Shown: positions 30,834-41,034, counted from the stretch's first letter. The stretch is DNA of 64,000 bases from Planctomycetota bacterium (GCA_044225365.1 JBGAIQ010000001.1:374465-438464); one strand, 5' to 3'. The notes: a model not told the origin generated them from the sequence alone. Program-made: numbers and translations.

Positions 30834-31409
30834 GTGGCTGAAGACTTCTACTCGTTCGAAAAGGCGCTCCGCGAACTCCACAAGACCGAGGAGGAGCTGA
30901 AGAAGCTCGTCTCCGAGGGCGAGATCCGGGCGTTCCGCGACGAGAGCTCGATGAAGTTCAAGAAAGAGGACATCGACCGCTTCAAGAAGGCGATCGGGTC
31001 CGATCTGCCGACCCACGAAGCGCCGACCGGCGAGCTGCACGAAGAGCTCTTCGGCGACGACTCGGGTTCGGGCAGCGATGACGTCGGGATGGCGACGCAG
31101 CAGATCTCGGACTCGTCGTTCCTCGAAGAGGCGACCGAAGCTCCGCCGACGACTCCGGGTCGCGCCAAGGGTGGCGCGGGTCGGAAGGCGGCGCGGCCGG
31201 CGGCCGCGGCTCGCGCGAGCGGTGTCGCGCGCCGGCGTCCGGAGCCGGTTGCGGCGAGCGACGAAGGCAACGGCATGCGCGCCGTCCTGGTGCTCGCGAC
31301 GCTGGTTCTGCTCTACGCGGTGGTCGTTGCGGTCAGCGCGCGCAAGGGCGAGCCGAATGGCATGAGCGAGAGCGTGATGAACATGGCCGCGGGGATGATG
31401 AAGCACTGA
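30834..31409 (+). CDS. N-terminal helix-turn-helix (excisionase/MerR-like) protein with acidic linker and C-terminal TM helix
   Basis: GTG after GGAGG; FYSFEKALREL..ELKKLVSEGEIRAFRDESSMKFKKEDIDRF, acidic low-complexity middle, TM AVLVLATLVLLYAVVVAV. Confidence 0.82.
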   Translation: MAEDFYSFEKALRELHKTEEELKKLVSEGEIRAFRDESSMKFKKEDIDRFKKAIGSDLPTHEAPTGELHEELFGDDSGSGSDDVGMATQQISDSSFLEEATEAPPTTPGRAKGGAGRKAARPAAAARASGVARRRPEPVAASDEGNGMRAVLVLATLVLLYAVVVAVSARKGEPNGMSESVMNMAAGMMKH

Positions 31410-31565
31410 GAGTGCTCGTCGTTCCGCGTCCGAGACGGTGACTTTCCGCCTCGGATCGGGTGTCGGTGGCGACACCGTTCGAGGTGCAGTTCGTGGAGCC
31501 GTCGTGCGCAAAGCGTGCGGCGGCTTTATCGCTTGGCGGTGCGTGTGGTCTGTGCGGGAGGCTTG

Positions 31566-32255
31566 ATGATGCGTTTGCAGCAAATACTCATGATGGCGGG
31601 CTTGCTCCTGCCGGCCATCGGTTGCGTGAGTCAGGAGGAGTACAACAAGGCGGTCGATGATCGCAACTCGCTCGAACGTCGGCTGAACGATGCCAGCGGT
31701 CAGATCGAGGAGGGTGCGAAGACCATCGAAGGTCTGAACAGCGAGAACAGCCGCCTGAAGCAGGAGAACGGCACGCTGCGTCAGGCGAACGACTCGGCAT
31801 CGCGCCGCCTCTCCGACATGGAGAAGCAGGTCGCGGAGCTGCAGAAGAACACGATCCAGGGTGTCGAGGGCGTCCGCGAGGGCAACACCTTCGTCTATCG
31901 CGTCGAAGGCGGCGTGCTCTTCGACTCCGGCAAGTCGGAGTTGAAGCCGAGCGGCGTCAAGACGCTGAAGGAGATCGCGAGTCTCCTGAAGTCGAACAAC
32001 TATCAGATCGAAGTCGCGGGTCACACCGACACCGACCCGATCAACGCGACCAAGAAGAAGTGGGACGACAACTGGGCCCTCGGAGCGGCGCGTGCCCGTG
32101 AAGTCCTTCTTGCGCTCAACAAGGAAGGCATCGGCGACGACCGAATGCACCTCAGTTCGTATGGCGAGCATCATCCGATCGCTCCAGGCGACAAGGCGAA
32201 GAATCGCCGCGTCGAGATCCGGGTATTCCTCGGAGACGTGAAGCCGGGCGGTTGA
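31566..32255 (+). CDS. OmpA/MotB-family lipoprotein with coiled coil
   Basis: Lipobox AIGC, coiled-coil segment, VLFDSGKSEL, VAGHTDTDP, NWALGAARA, KNRRVEI. Confidence 0.92.
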   Translation: MMRLQQILMMAGLLLPAIGCVSQEEYNKAVDDRNSLERRLNDASGQIEEGAKTIEGLNSENSRLKQENGTLRQANDSASRRLSDMEKQVAELQKNTIQGVEGVREGNTFVYRVEGGVLFDSGKSELKPSGVKTLKEIASLLKSNNYQIEVAGHTDTDPINATKKKWDDNWALGAARAREVLLALNKEGIGDDRMHLSSYGEHHPIAPGDKAKNRRVEIRVFLGDVKPGG

Positions 32256-34618
32256 TGGAGTCTCGCGCGCCGCAACCGCGGCGGCGGATCCCTACGTCGA
32301 TGGCGATGGCGCGGCGATGGCTGTGGCGTGCGACCCTGCTTGCGGGGTTGCTGCTCGGTTGCGCCGCGCTCTTGTTTGCATGGCGCCCCGCGCCGGATCC
32401 CGGAGCGGAGTCCAACGTCGCGAGCCTCCTGCGCGCGGTCGAGAAGATGGCGCTCGTCGTCGGCACGAGTTCGAGCGACGAGGTCGCGCCGTTCTTCCTC
32501 GATCGGTTCGAGGTGACGAACGCCGAGTACGAGGTGTTTCGGCGGGCGACCGGTCACCACGCCCCTGGCGGCGGCGCCCCGGATCCGAAAGACGTCGAAC
32601 GGCTGCCCGTGGTCTTCGTCTCCGCGGCCGATGCCAAGGCCTATGCGGCCTATCGCGGGAAACGCTTGCCGACCGATCTCGAATGGCTCGCCGCCGCATC
32701 GATCGACACCTCGTTCGCGAGCGGCCAGGTGAGTCGTTACGCCGTCAATCTCCTCGAGACGGGACTCGACGGACCAGCGCGCGTCGGGACGTTCGAGAAC
32801 GGTCCGACGAGTCGGCTCGAGAACGACAAGGTCTCGCCGCCATGCTACGACCTGATCGGCAACGTCGCAGAGTGGGCGGAACCGACGAGCGGAAGTACGC
32901 CGATCGGCGAGTTCCCGGTCCTCGGTGGATCGTTCCGCGATTCGTCGTCGAGCTTCGGCCAATTCGGGACGGCATCGACTGCGCCCCAAGATCGTACGTC
33001 TTGGATCGGATTCCGTTGCGCATTGGGGGATGCGGACGGCTGGCTCGATCGGTTGTTGCGACAGCTCGCCGAACTGCGGCCCGAGACTGCGGCGCGCTTC
33101 CACGAACCCTTGCGCCGTTTCGATGGGGCGCTCGAGCGGTTGCTGCGCTCGCGACGATTTCGCGAGGCATTCGATTCGATGGTTCCGAATGCCGTGCCGA
33201 CGGCTTCGAATTGGAAGTTCGTTGCGCTCGGTGGGGGTCGCGCGCTCGCGATCGCGGACGAGACCACCGAGATCGTCGACGTCGTGGGAGGAGTCGTTTC
33301 CTCCACGACCGTTCCGATCGCAGTTCGCCATGGAGAGACCCGGGAAGATCGGATCGGGAACCGGATCTACCTGCCCGGTCTTGAACGCGGCGCGCCTTCG
33401 AGCGGCGATCGACTCGCGCTCGGTTTTCGCCTCGATGGTCACGTCGAGGTGCTCGCGACCGGAGATCGCGAACCGATGAGGTTGCTCGATTCCAAGGGAA
33501 TTCCACGGCTCCTCCTGCCCGGTTCCTCCTTGCCCGAGTGCGTTGCGAGCGCGATCTGGTCGATGTCGCCCGTGGCGTGCCCCGGATCGGAGCAGCGGAC
33601 GAATCCGCTCGAGATCACCGTGACGGAGAAAGGGATTGAAGCCCGCGCGACCGGGTTCGTCGCGGTGGAAGGGGATGTCGCAGCGAATCCGCCGTGCGAC
33701 GTCGTCTACGTCGTGGGTCCGGCCTCGCCCCAATACCTGCAATGGAACTATTCTCGAGACCTGGAGTCGTATCTCGTCGAAGTGGAACTGCTCCTTCCCG
33801 AAGTGGATCGAGCCACCGGGAATCTCGCGGTCCTCGTCGCACTCGCGGCCGAGAATGGCGTCTCCCGTGGTTCGTGGCTCCTGCCCATGCCGTGGGTCGC
33901 GGGCGTGGCGGTTCCCGCGCATGGTCGGGATCGAATCGTGGTCTTCGGCGGGAATCAGCTCGCGATCGTGGATGATTTGGGATCGGGCGCGCCACGGCTC
34001 GTCTCCACGCAGGAGTTGTCCGATGGGGCGCTCGAATTCCGAACGGGGAGCCATCGTCTGAACGGGTCGACGATCCTCGAAGCGAACTCCGAACTCGCGA
34101 CGCTCCAGCTCATGCGGCTCGACGCGAGCGGTCGCGTCGATCGGACGATGCGGATCACGACCCCCGACGGCGTTCGTTCCTTCGAGACGCGCGCGCTCGG
34201 CGACGTTCTCCTCGTTCTCGACAGCGCGGGCGCAATGCACTGCGTCGAATCCGATCTCACGGAGCGATGGGTGACGCCGGTCTCGTATTCCTTCGATTCG
34301 TGCGATCCGGTCATCGTCGACTACGACGGCGACGGGGATGCGGAGATCGCGATCCAGATCAGCGGCGACACGGTGGCGTTCGTCGACCTCGCGACGGGTC
34401 ACGAGGACGATCGCGTGATCACGACGGGGACGAACCTCCAAGTACTGATCGCGGGCGCCTTCTCCGATGCAGCAACGAGTACTTTGCCGCACGGAGTGAC
34501 CATCGGGATGACCGACGCGGGTTTCTACCGTCTGCGCGCTCCTGCGACGCGAACGGACGCCGTCGCGCGCGAACTCCTCGGCGTTTTCGCCCGCACCAAG
34601 CGCGAGGGTCCCCCTTGA
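32255..34618 (+). CDS. SUMF1/FGE-sulfatase-like domain protein with C-terminal beta-propeller/FG-GAP-like region
   Basis: FFLDRFEVTNAEY, PVVFVSAADAKAYA, KRLPT, YDLIGNVAEW, GGSF, IGFRC; later DYDGDGDAEI. Confidence 0.8.
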   Translation: MESRAPQPRRRIPTSMAMARRWLWRATLLAGLLLGCAALLFAWRPAPDPGAESNVASLLRAVEKMALVVGTSSSDEVAPFFLDRFEVTNAEYEVFRRATGHHAPGGGAPDPKDVERLPVVFVSAADAKAYAAYRGKRLPTDLEWLAAASIDTSFASGQVSRYAVNLLETGLDGPARVGTFENGPTSRLENDKVSPPCYDLIGNVAEWAEPTSGSTPIGEFPVLGGSFRDSSSSFGQFGTASTAPQDRTSWIGFRCALGDADGWLDRLLRQLAELRPETAARFHEPLRRFDGALERLLRSRRFREAFDSMVPNAVPTASNWKFVALGGGRALAIADETTEIVDVVGGVVSSTTVPIAVRHGETREDRIGNRIYLPGLERGAPSSGDRLALGFRLDGHVEVLATGDREPMRLLDSKGIPRLLLPGSSLPECVASAIWSMSPVACPGSEQRTNPLEITVTEKGIEARATGFVAVEGDVAANPPCDVVYVVGPASPQYLQWNYSRDLESYLVEVELLLPEVDRATGNLAVLVALAAENGVSRGSWLLPMPWVAGVAVPAHGRDRIVVFGGNQLAIVDDLGSGAPRLVSTQELSDGALEFRTGSHRLNGSTILEANSELATLQLMRLDASGRVDRTMRITTPDGVRSFETRALGDVLLVLDSAGAMHCVESDLTERWVTPVSYSFDSCDPVIVDYDGDGDAEIAIQISGDTVAFVDLATGHEDDRVITTGTNLQVLIAGAFSDAATSTLPHGVTIGMTDAGFYRLRAPATRTDAVARELLGVFARTKREGPP

Positions 34619-35559
34619 CCGACGAGGGTCGTCTCGAGCCGCCCTCGCTCGCGGCGATCCGGGCCGCTCTCGCGGCATCCGGCGGAACCGCGAAGCGCTC
34701 CTACGGGCAGCACTTCCTGCACGATCCCGGATTGCTCTCGAGAATCGTCGACGCGGCGACGCTCGAGCCGGGCGACGTGGTGCTCGAGATCGGGCCGGGC
34801 CCCGGCGTGCTCACCGCGTCCCTGCTCGCAAGGGGAGTCCGAGTCGTCGCGGTCGAAGCCGATCCCACGATGATCGACGTGCTCCAGCGCCTGCTCGGAT
34901 CGCACGACGATCTCGACGTCCTCGAGTGCGACGCGTTGAAGGAGCGCCCCGCGCCCGGCCCCTCGATCCGCGCGGCGATCGCCGCCAAGCGACCGCCGCG
35001 TACCTACTCGCTCGTCGCGAACCTGCCGTATCAGATCGCTTCGCCTTTGCTCGTCGATGTCTTCGAGAGCGAGGCGCCGCGGGTGGCCGTCGTCATGATC
35101 CAGCGCGAGGTGAGTCAACGCCTGAAGGCCGCCCCGGACACCGAGGCGTACGGGCTGCTCTCCGTGATGATCCAGCTCAGAGCGTCCGTGGAGGAGATCG
35201 CGCGGGTGAAGCCCGGCGCGTTCTGGCCACCTCCCAAGGTCGACTCGAGCGTCGTGCGCCTCTTGCCCCGTGCCCCCGACGCGCTCTCCTCGCGGATCGC
35301 GAGGCTGCCCCCCAACGGTCTCCACGCCACCCTTCGACGAGCCTTCGGCGAGCGCCGCAAGACGCTCGAGAACAACTTGTTGCGGGATTCGCCGTGCGAC
35401 CGCGAGGCCTTGGCAGCCGCTCTCGAGGGGGGCGGATTCCGCCGTGGGAGGCGGGCCGAGACGCTCGCGCCGGAGGAGTTCGTCACCCTCGCCGAGCTGC
35501 TCGCGGCCTGTGAAACGCCGGGTGACGACGCGCGGATGAAACGGCGGCACGAAGACTGA
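34615..35559 (+). CDS. rsmA: 16S rRNA adenine dimethyltransferase RsmA/KsgA
   Basis: KRSYGQHFL, VLEIGPGPGVLT, VANLPYQI, MIQREV, FWPPPKVDS, RAETL; TTG start overlapping the upstream stop. Confidence 0.95.
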   Translation: MTDEGRLEPPSLAAIRAALAASGGTAKRSYGQHFLHDPGLLSRIVDAATLEPGDVVLEIGPGPGVLTASLLARGVRVVAVEADPTMIDVLQRLLGSHDDLDVLECDALKERPAPGPSIRAAIAAKRPPRTYSLVANLPYQIASPLLVDVFESEAPRVAVVMIQREVSQRLKAAPDTEAYGLLSVMIQLRASVEEIARVKPGAFWPPPKVDSSVVRLLPRAPDALSSRIARLPPNGLHATLRRAFGERRKTLENNLLRDSPCDREALAAALEGGGFRRGRRAETLAPEEFVTLAELLAACETPGDDARMKRRHED

Positions 35560-35776
35560 TGCGACGAGCAGAACCGCACTATGCGAGATGGCCCGTTTCG
35601 CTATAATGTTGGCGGTGTTGACGTGTGGCGGTTGTTCGAGCGCCGGTGACGGAAGCGGGCCAGCGCTCCTCGTCTCTCCGTCGTCGGAATCTGCGTCGTC
35701 GAGACGGTGGTCCCGACCGCTCTGCAAGCGATCTCGCATCTAGGTCCCATTCCATTCTCGCGGAAACGCGGCGGCG

Positions 35777-37708
35777 GTGAATCCGTCTTCGCGCCCGGAA
35801 GGTGCCGTGCCGTTCGATCCCAACCTGAATCGAGGCAAGGACAGGGGCAACGACCTCGTCGAGCGAGTGCGGTCCGCGCTCGACATCGTCGACGTCGCGC
35901 AGACCTACTTCCCGGTGACGCGACGCGGCGCGAGCTTCATCGCGCTCTGTCCATTCCATCGCGAGAAGACGCCCTCGTTCCATCTGCACACGGCGCGCCA
36001 GACCTTCAAGTGCTTCGGTTGTCAGAAGGGCGGCGACATCTTCACTCTCGTGATGGAGATCGACAAACTCTCCTTCCGTGAGGCCTTGAAGGTCCTCGCG
36101 CAGCGCGCCGGAATTCCGGTTTCCGACTACGAGAATCCTCGATTCGCGAAAGCGGAAGAGAAGCGTCTCAAGCTGTTCACGATCCTGAAGCACGCCGAAG
36201 AGTTCTACCGCGATCAACTTCGCGGGAGCGCGGGGACGATGGCACGCGACTATCTCGCGCGTCGTGGGTTCTCGAAGGACGCGATCGAGTCGTTCGGCAT
36301 CGGCTTCGCGCCGGCCGAGTGGCGCGCCCTGTTGACGCACCTCCTCGCGCGCGGACACGCCGAAGAGGACACGATCCGGGCCGGCGTCATCAAGCACAAC
36401 GAAGAGAAAGGGCGGTCCTACGATCTCCTGCGGCGGCGGATCGTGATTCCGATCCGCGACTCGCGGGGCCGCTGCGTCGCATTCGGCGGACGCGTGCTCG
36501 ACGACGCGCCGGAGGACTCGGGTCCCAAGTACTTGAACACCGGCGAAACCGAGTTGTTCTCGAAGCGGCAGGTGTTGTTCGGGTTCGATCGGGCCCGCGA
36601 CGAGGCTTCGCAGCGTGGCGCGTTCGTCGTCGTCGAAGGCTATCTCGATGTGATCGCGTCGCATCAGCATGGCGCGAGGAACGTCGTAGCGACTCTCGGC
36701 ACCTCTCTGACCGGCGAGCACGCGCAGATCCTGCGTCGTTATGCAAGTCGAGTCGTGCTGCTCTTCGATCCCGACGAAGGCGGTCAACGCGGCACCGATC
36801 GTGGCGCCGCGATCCTGCTGCGCGAGGGATTCGACGTCCGCGTCGGCAGCCTGCCCGACGGTCTCGATCCCGACGAATATCTCGAGAAACACGGACTCGT
36901 CGCCTTCCAGGCCTTCCTCGCCGAGAAGACCGAAGAACTCGTCGAGTACCTGGTGCGCAGGGCGCGCGAGCGCGCGCTCTCGAACGAGGGCGGTGACGCC
37001 GCTTCGGCGCGCGCCGCCCGCGAAGTTCTGCAGTTCCTCGGACAGATCGCGGATCCGCTCCAGCGCGATCTGCTCGCGGCGCGCGTGGCCCGCGAATTCG
37101 GTCTCGACGAAACCGTCGTGCGACGAACCGCCGCAGAGATGGTGCGAGCCGAGTCGCGAAATGAGAATCGCTCCGCAACGGGCCATTTCGACGACGAATC
37201 GAGTTCGCAGCGCCTCGGGCCCGCCGCGCCGCTCGCGGGCTGGGAGCAAGATGAAGTTTTTGCCCTGCACGGGGCGCTGACGTGTGCAAAACTTGCGTGC
37301 CGCGCAGCGCAAGAGCTAACAGAGTCCGACTTCAGGGATCCCGGCCGGCAACGCGTGTTGAATGCGTTGATTCGACTCGTGGACGAGGGCACTACACCCG
37401 CCCCCTCCCTGCTGGCGGAAGTACTCAAGGAGGACATCCAAGCCGCTCTCGCCCTCTCGAAGGTGGTGGCTGCCGACGTTCCGGACGTTCCGGGCGACGA
37501 CAGCCTCGGGCGCGCCATGGATGCCTTGATCCGTCGGCGCAAGGACTTCGAGTACAAGAAGTTGCGAGACGAAGCAACGAAGAGCGGTGCGCTGCGTAGT
37601 AGCGATGATTCGGAGGTCGAGCGGCAACTCGAGGAGTTGTCGCGCTTCCAAGCCGAGCGCTACCAGCGATTGAAAGACGCCCGGCGCGGTCGCGCCGAAG
37701 GCGGATGA
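35777..37708 (+). CDS. dnaG: DNA primase
   Basis: CPFHREKTPSF..CFGC zinc finger, FGGR, PKYLNT, VEGYLDVI, FDPDEGG, DPDE. Confidence 0.97.
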   Translation: MNPSSRPEGAVPFDPNLNRGKDRGNDLVERVRSALDIVDVAQTYFPVTRRGASFIALCPFHREKTPSFHLHTARQTFKCFGCQKGGDIFTLVMEIDKLSFREALKVLAQRAGIPVSDYENPRFAKAEEKRLKLFTILKHAEEFYRDQLRGSAGTMARDYLARRGFSKDAIESFGIGFAPAEWRALLTHLLARGHAEEDTIRAGVIKHNEEKGRSYDLLRRRIVIPIRDSRGRCVAFGGRVLDDAPEDSGPKYLNTGETELFSKRQVLFGFDRARDEASQRGAFVVVEGYLDVIASHQHGARNVVATLGTSLTGEHAQILRRYASRVVLLFDPDEGGQRGTDRGAAILLREGFDVRVGSLPDGLDPDEYLEKHGLVAFQAFLAEKTEELVEYLVRRARERALSNEGGDAASARAAREVLQFLGQIADPLQRDLLAARVAREFGLDETVVRRTAAEMVRAESRNENRSATGHFDDESSSQRLGPAAPLAGWEQDEVFALHGALTCAKLACRAAQELTESDFRDPGRQRVLNALIRLVDEGTTPAPSLLAEVLKEDIQAALALSKVVAADVPDVPGDDSLGRAMDALIRRRKDFEYKKLRDEATKSGALRSSDDSEVERQLEELSRFQAERYQRLKDARRGRAEGG

Positions 37709-37816
37709 CGAACAAGGGCCGGCCATCGCCGGTCCGCAGTTGAGTGGACTCCGACTCGGGTTCGAGTCGAAGTCGGAATCGATCGGCCCGAGTGACGGGC
37801 TAGAAGGTGCGAGATC

Positions 37817-39460
37817 GTGGCGAGCAATGTGACGTTGGACGGAAGCACGAAGGTTCTTCTCGAGCGTGGTCGGAAGAAGGGCTTCGTGACCTACGAGGAG
37901 ATGAACCAGATCCTGCCGGACGAGGTCGTCTCGGGAGACAACATCGAAGCCGTCATCGCGCTCCTCGAGGAGCACGGCATCGAACTGGTCGACGACGCGG
38001 ACGTGCAAGAGACGCCGGACGGTCCGAAGAAGGCTCGCAGCGAGCCGGACCGGGCCGACGGAACCGGCGCCGAGAAGATCGACGACCCGGTCCGCATGTA
38101 CCTCACGCAGATGGGCGAGATCCCACTGCTGACGCGCGAGGAGGAGATCGATCTCGCGAAGCGCATCGAGACGACTCGCCGCGCGTTCCGCAAGTTCATC
38201 CTCTCCTCGGGATTCGCCTTCCGTGAGTCGATCAAGATCCTCGACGACGTCCTGCTCGGCGAGCTCGCGTTCGACCGTACGCTGAAGGTCGCGACGTCGT
38301 CGTCGGGTTCGACCGACGCGTCGAAGTCCGAGGTCGCGGATCGCCTCCAGGTGAACATCGGCACGCTGAAGAAGCTGCTCCACGCGACGAAGACGGACTA
38401 CAAGGCCGTGCTCCGCGGAAAGCTGTCGAACGAAGAGAAGGTGAATCGCATCCGACGCATCGGTTGGCGTCGTCGCCGCGCGGCGATGCTCCTCGAAGAG
38501 CTGAACATCCAGCTCAAGAAGGTGAAGCCGATGATCGAGCACCTGAAGGGCAAGTATCGCGAGATGCTCGTCGCCGAGAAGGGGCTCAAGGAGTATCGCG
38601 GCAGCAAGAATGCCGCGGAATTCCGGCGTCGTCGTCGCGCTCACGAGAAGTTCTGCATCGGTGCGCTCGAATCGCCGCGGCGACTCGGGATCCGCATCGA
38701 CGCGATCAATCGCCGGTACTCGGAGTACGAGACGGCGAAGATGAAGCTGTCGTCGGGCAACCTCCGACTCGTCGTCTCGATCGCGAAGAAGTACCGCAAC
38801 CGCGGTCTGTCGTTCCTCGACCTCATCCAGGAGGGCAACACCGGCCTGATGAAGGCCGTCGAGAAGTACGAGTACCGCCGCGGTTACAAGTTCTCGACGT
38901 ACGCGACGTGGTGGATCCGGCAGGCGATCACGCGTTCGATCGCGGACCAGGCGCGCACCATTCGCATCCCGGTCCACATGATCGAGACGATGTCGAAGCT
39001 GCGCAACGTCACGAAGAAGCTGATCCAGATGTACGGCCGCGAGCCGTCGATCGAGGAGGTCGCGCTCGCCGCGAACATCTCGATCGAGGAAGCGAAGCGC
39101 GTGATGAAGATCAGCAAGCACCCGATCTCGCTCGATCGACCGATCGGCGAAGGGGACGATTCGTACTTCGGTGATTTCATCGAGGACGAGTCCGCGGAGT
39201 CGCCGGTCAACGCGGCGGCGTACGTGATGCTGCGCGAGAAGATCGACTCGGTGCTCTCGTCGCTCTCGTTCCGCGAGCGCGAGATCATCAAGCTGCGCTA
39301 CGGCATCGGCGACGGTTACACCTACACCCTCGAAGAAGTCGGACGCATCTTCAAGGTCACCCGCGAACGCGTTCGGCAGATCGAGGCGAAGGCCGTCCGC
39401 AAGCTGCAGCACCCCGTGCGCAGTCGACTTCTCGAGGGCTTCCTCGAGAGCTTCGAGTGA
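37817..39460 (+). CDS. rpoD: RNA polymerase primary sigma factor
   Basis: Region 1.1, [63 protein letters not shown]; directly follows dnaG. Confidence 0.97.
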   Translation: MASNVTLDGSTKVLLERGRKKGFVTYEEMNQILPDEVVSGDNIEAVIALLEEHGIELVDDADVQETPDGPKKARSEPDRADGTGAEKIDDPVRMYLTQMGEIPLLTREEEIDLAKRIETTRRAFRKFILSSGFAFRESIKILDDVLLGELAFDRTLKVATSSSGSTDASKSEVADRLQVNIGTLKKLLHATKTDYKAVLRGKLSNEEKVNRIRRIGWRRRRAAMLLEELNIQLKKVKPMIEHLKGKYREMLVAEKGLKEYRGSKNAAEFRRRRRAHEKFCIGALESPRRLGIRIDAINRRYSEYETAKMKLSSGNLRLVVSIAKKYRNRGLSFLDLIQEGNTGLMKAVEKYEYRRGYKFSTYATWWIRQAITRSIADQARTIRIPVHMIETMSKLRNVTKKLIQMYGREPSIEEVALAANISIEEAKRVMKISKHPISLDRPIGEGDDSYFGDFIEDESAESPVNAAAYVMLREKIDSVLSSLSFREREIIKLRYGIGDGYTYTLEEVGRIFKVTRERVRQIEAKAVRKLQHPVRSRLLEGFLESFE

Positions 39461-39485
39461 TCGCAGTCGCGAGGACCGCGGGACA

Positions 39486-39534
39486 CGAAGGCGCCGCTCG
39501 AGCGTGAATGCTCGGGAGGCGCCTTCGCCGTTTT
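39486..39534 (+). terminator. Putative intrinsic terminator after rpoD
   Basis: CGAAGGCGCC..CTCGAGC-loop-GCTCGGG..GGCGCCTTCG followed by a short T run. Confidence 0.55.
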
Positions 39535-39720
39535 CACCTCGACCTCTGCGAGAATCCTGCGATCCTTGGCGGGACGATTTCCGATACAATCCGCGGGTCG
39601 CAGCGAGTGCGACCGCATGAACTCGCGGGGTGACCGGGACGGGTGTGATGCCCGTCGCTCCGCTTCATCGTGACTCACGAACGCGACCTGTCGGCGATGG
39701 CCGGCGAATTGGAGGCGTGG

Positions 39721-40788
39721 ATGCGTCGAATGATCGGCTCGTGTCTGCTCGTCGGTCCCGGGTGTCTCCTCGCGACGCTGAGTGCGGCTCACGCGGGCGC
39801 GGACGCGGTCGTACCCACGATCCCCGTCAAGGTCGATCTCGTGGCGAAGACCTTCCGAACCTTCGACGTGCTGTTGCCGGCGCCGCAATTCCAGCCGGTC
39901 GGAAGCGGTTTCAACGTTCCGCACGAAGGCGGGGATCGCTTCGACGTGAAGGTCGAGGGCGATCGGCTCCGCGTCGATCTCGACGGCGACCACGCGACCG
40001 AGTCGCTCGTCGAAGGAGAATCGGGTTTCGTCACGTTGACCGGAAAGAGCACGACAGGCCATCCGATCGCGTATTCGGTTCGCCTCGTGCATCCGCCGGG
40101 TGAAGGCTGGAACTACTCGTGCGGCAGCGCGATGGTCGGCGAGGTCGCGGGAACGCGCGTTCAGGTCTTCGATCAGAATCTCAATGGTCGGTTCGATGAC
40201 GTCGGGGTCGATGCGATCGTCGTCGGCAAATCCCAGGTCGCGAGCTTCCTGTCGAAGGCTGTTTCCATCGGCAATTCGCTCTACGGGATCGAAGTGGCGA
40301 GCGACGGCTCGAGCCTCTCGTACGCACCGTTCGCGGGTGAGGCGGGCGAACTCGATCTCGTCACGCGTTTCGAGTGCAAGGCCGAACTCGCGGCGGCGGT
40401 CGTGACGAGTGCCGATGGCAGGTTCTCGTTCGATGTCGCCGCATCGAAGAGCGCCCTACGCGTTCCGGTCGGCGAATACACGATCCACTCGGGCCAACTC
40501 GCGCTGGGCGAGTCGCGAGCGTCGATGCGAACCGGACGCGCGCATCCGATCGGAGTGCGGAAGGACGAAACCACGACCGTCGAATGGGGCGGTCCCGCGA
40601 CCGCCGAGTTCGCCTGCGAGCGCAAGGGCGACACGCTCAACTTCTCGCCGTGGGACATCTGGTACTACGGACGCCTCGGGGAGGAGTACTTCAACTTCCT
40701 CCCACTTGGCAAATCCCCGGAGTTCTCGATCAAGAACAGATTGACGAAGGAGCTGATCCTCTACGCCAAGTTCCCGGGGAATTGCTGA
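39721..40788 (+). CDS. Secreted beta-rich hypothetical protein; conventional call ends at Cys-TGA, probably extended by selenocysteine read-through to 40959
   Basis: ATG after GGAGG; signal peptide (..ATLSAAHA); Ca-binding-like DLDGD and DQNLNGRFDD loops; ends FPGNC-TGA. Confidence 0.85.
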   Translation: MRRMIGSCLLVGPGCLLATLSAAHAGADAVVPTIPVKVDLVAKTFRTFDVLLPAPQFQPVGSGFNVPHEGGDRFDVKVEGDRLRVDLDGDHATESLVEGESGFVTLTGKSTTGHPIAYSVRLVHPPGEGWNYSCGSAMVGEVAGTRVQVFDQNLNGRFDDVGVDAIVVGKSQVASFLSKAVSIGNSLYGIEVASDGSSLSYAPFAGEAGELDLVTRFECKAELAAAVVTSADGRFSFDVAASKSALRVPVGEYTIHSGQLALGESRASMRTGRAHPIGVRKDETTTVEWGGPATAEFACERKGDTLNFSPWDIWYYGRLGEEYFNFLPLGKSPEFSIKNRLTKELILYAKFPGNC

Positions 40789-40959
40789 AGCTTCGGCTTC
40801 GTTCCGGTCGCCGTGAGCGTGCCGGCAAAGTTCGAGGTCGAGATCACGATGACCGCGGAGAACTGGGCTTTCGGGACCGTGACGGGTGCATTGCGCGAGA
40901 GCGCGCAGGCGTTGAGCGAGCGTCCCGCCGGCACCGACAAACCCGCCGCGGGACAATGA
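40786..40959 (+). other. Putative in-frame UGA (Sec) codon plus 56-codon C-terminal extension
   Basis: TGA then SFGFVPVAVSVPAKFEVEITMTAENWAFGTVTGALRESAQALSERPAGTDKPAAGQ-TGA in the same frame, with mostly G/C-ending codons. Confidence 0.62.
40804..40825 (+). promoter_or_regulatory. Candidate bacterial SECIS hairpin
   Basis: CCGGU-CGC-[CGUGA]-GCG-U-GCCGG; apical loop starts 23 nt after the UGA, with GU at loop positions 2-3. Confidence 0.45.
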
Positions 40960-40999
40960 TGCGGTGTGTCGGACTCCGGTCCGCGCCGGAGTGATGGAC

Positions 41000-41034
41000 G
41001 AACACCGAGCACAGGGCGCAGGGCACAGAGCACA
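41000..41034 (+). repeat. Degenerate heptamer tandem repeat (5 units)
   Basis: GAACACC GAGCACA GGGCGCA GGGCACA GAGCACA. Confidence 0.55.

Noticed and set aside
35588-35743. Possible 51-aa lipoprotein-like ORF (MARFAIMLAVLTCGGC..) between rsmA and dnaG
   Set aside because: No clear RBS, atypical codons, and it contains TATAAT (35602-35607), more likely the dnaG promoter region.
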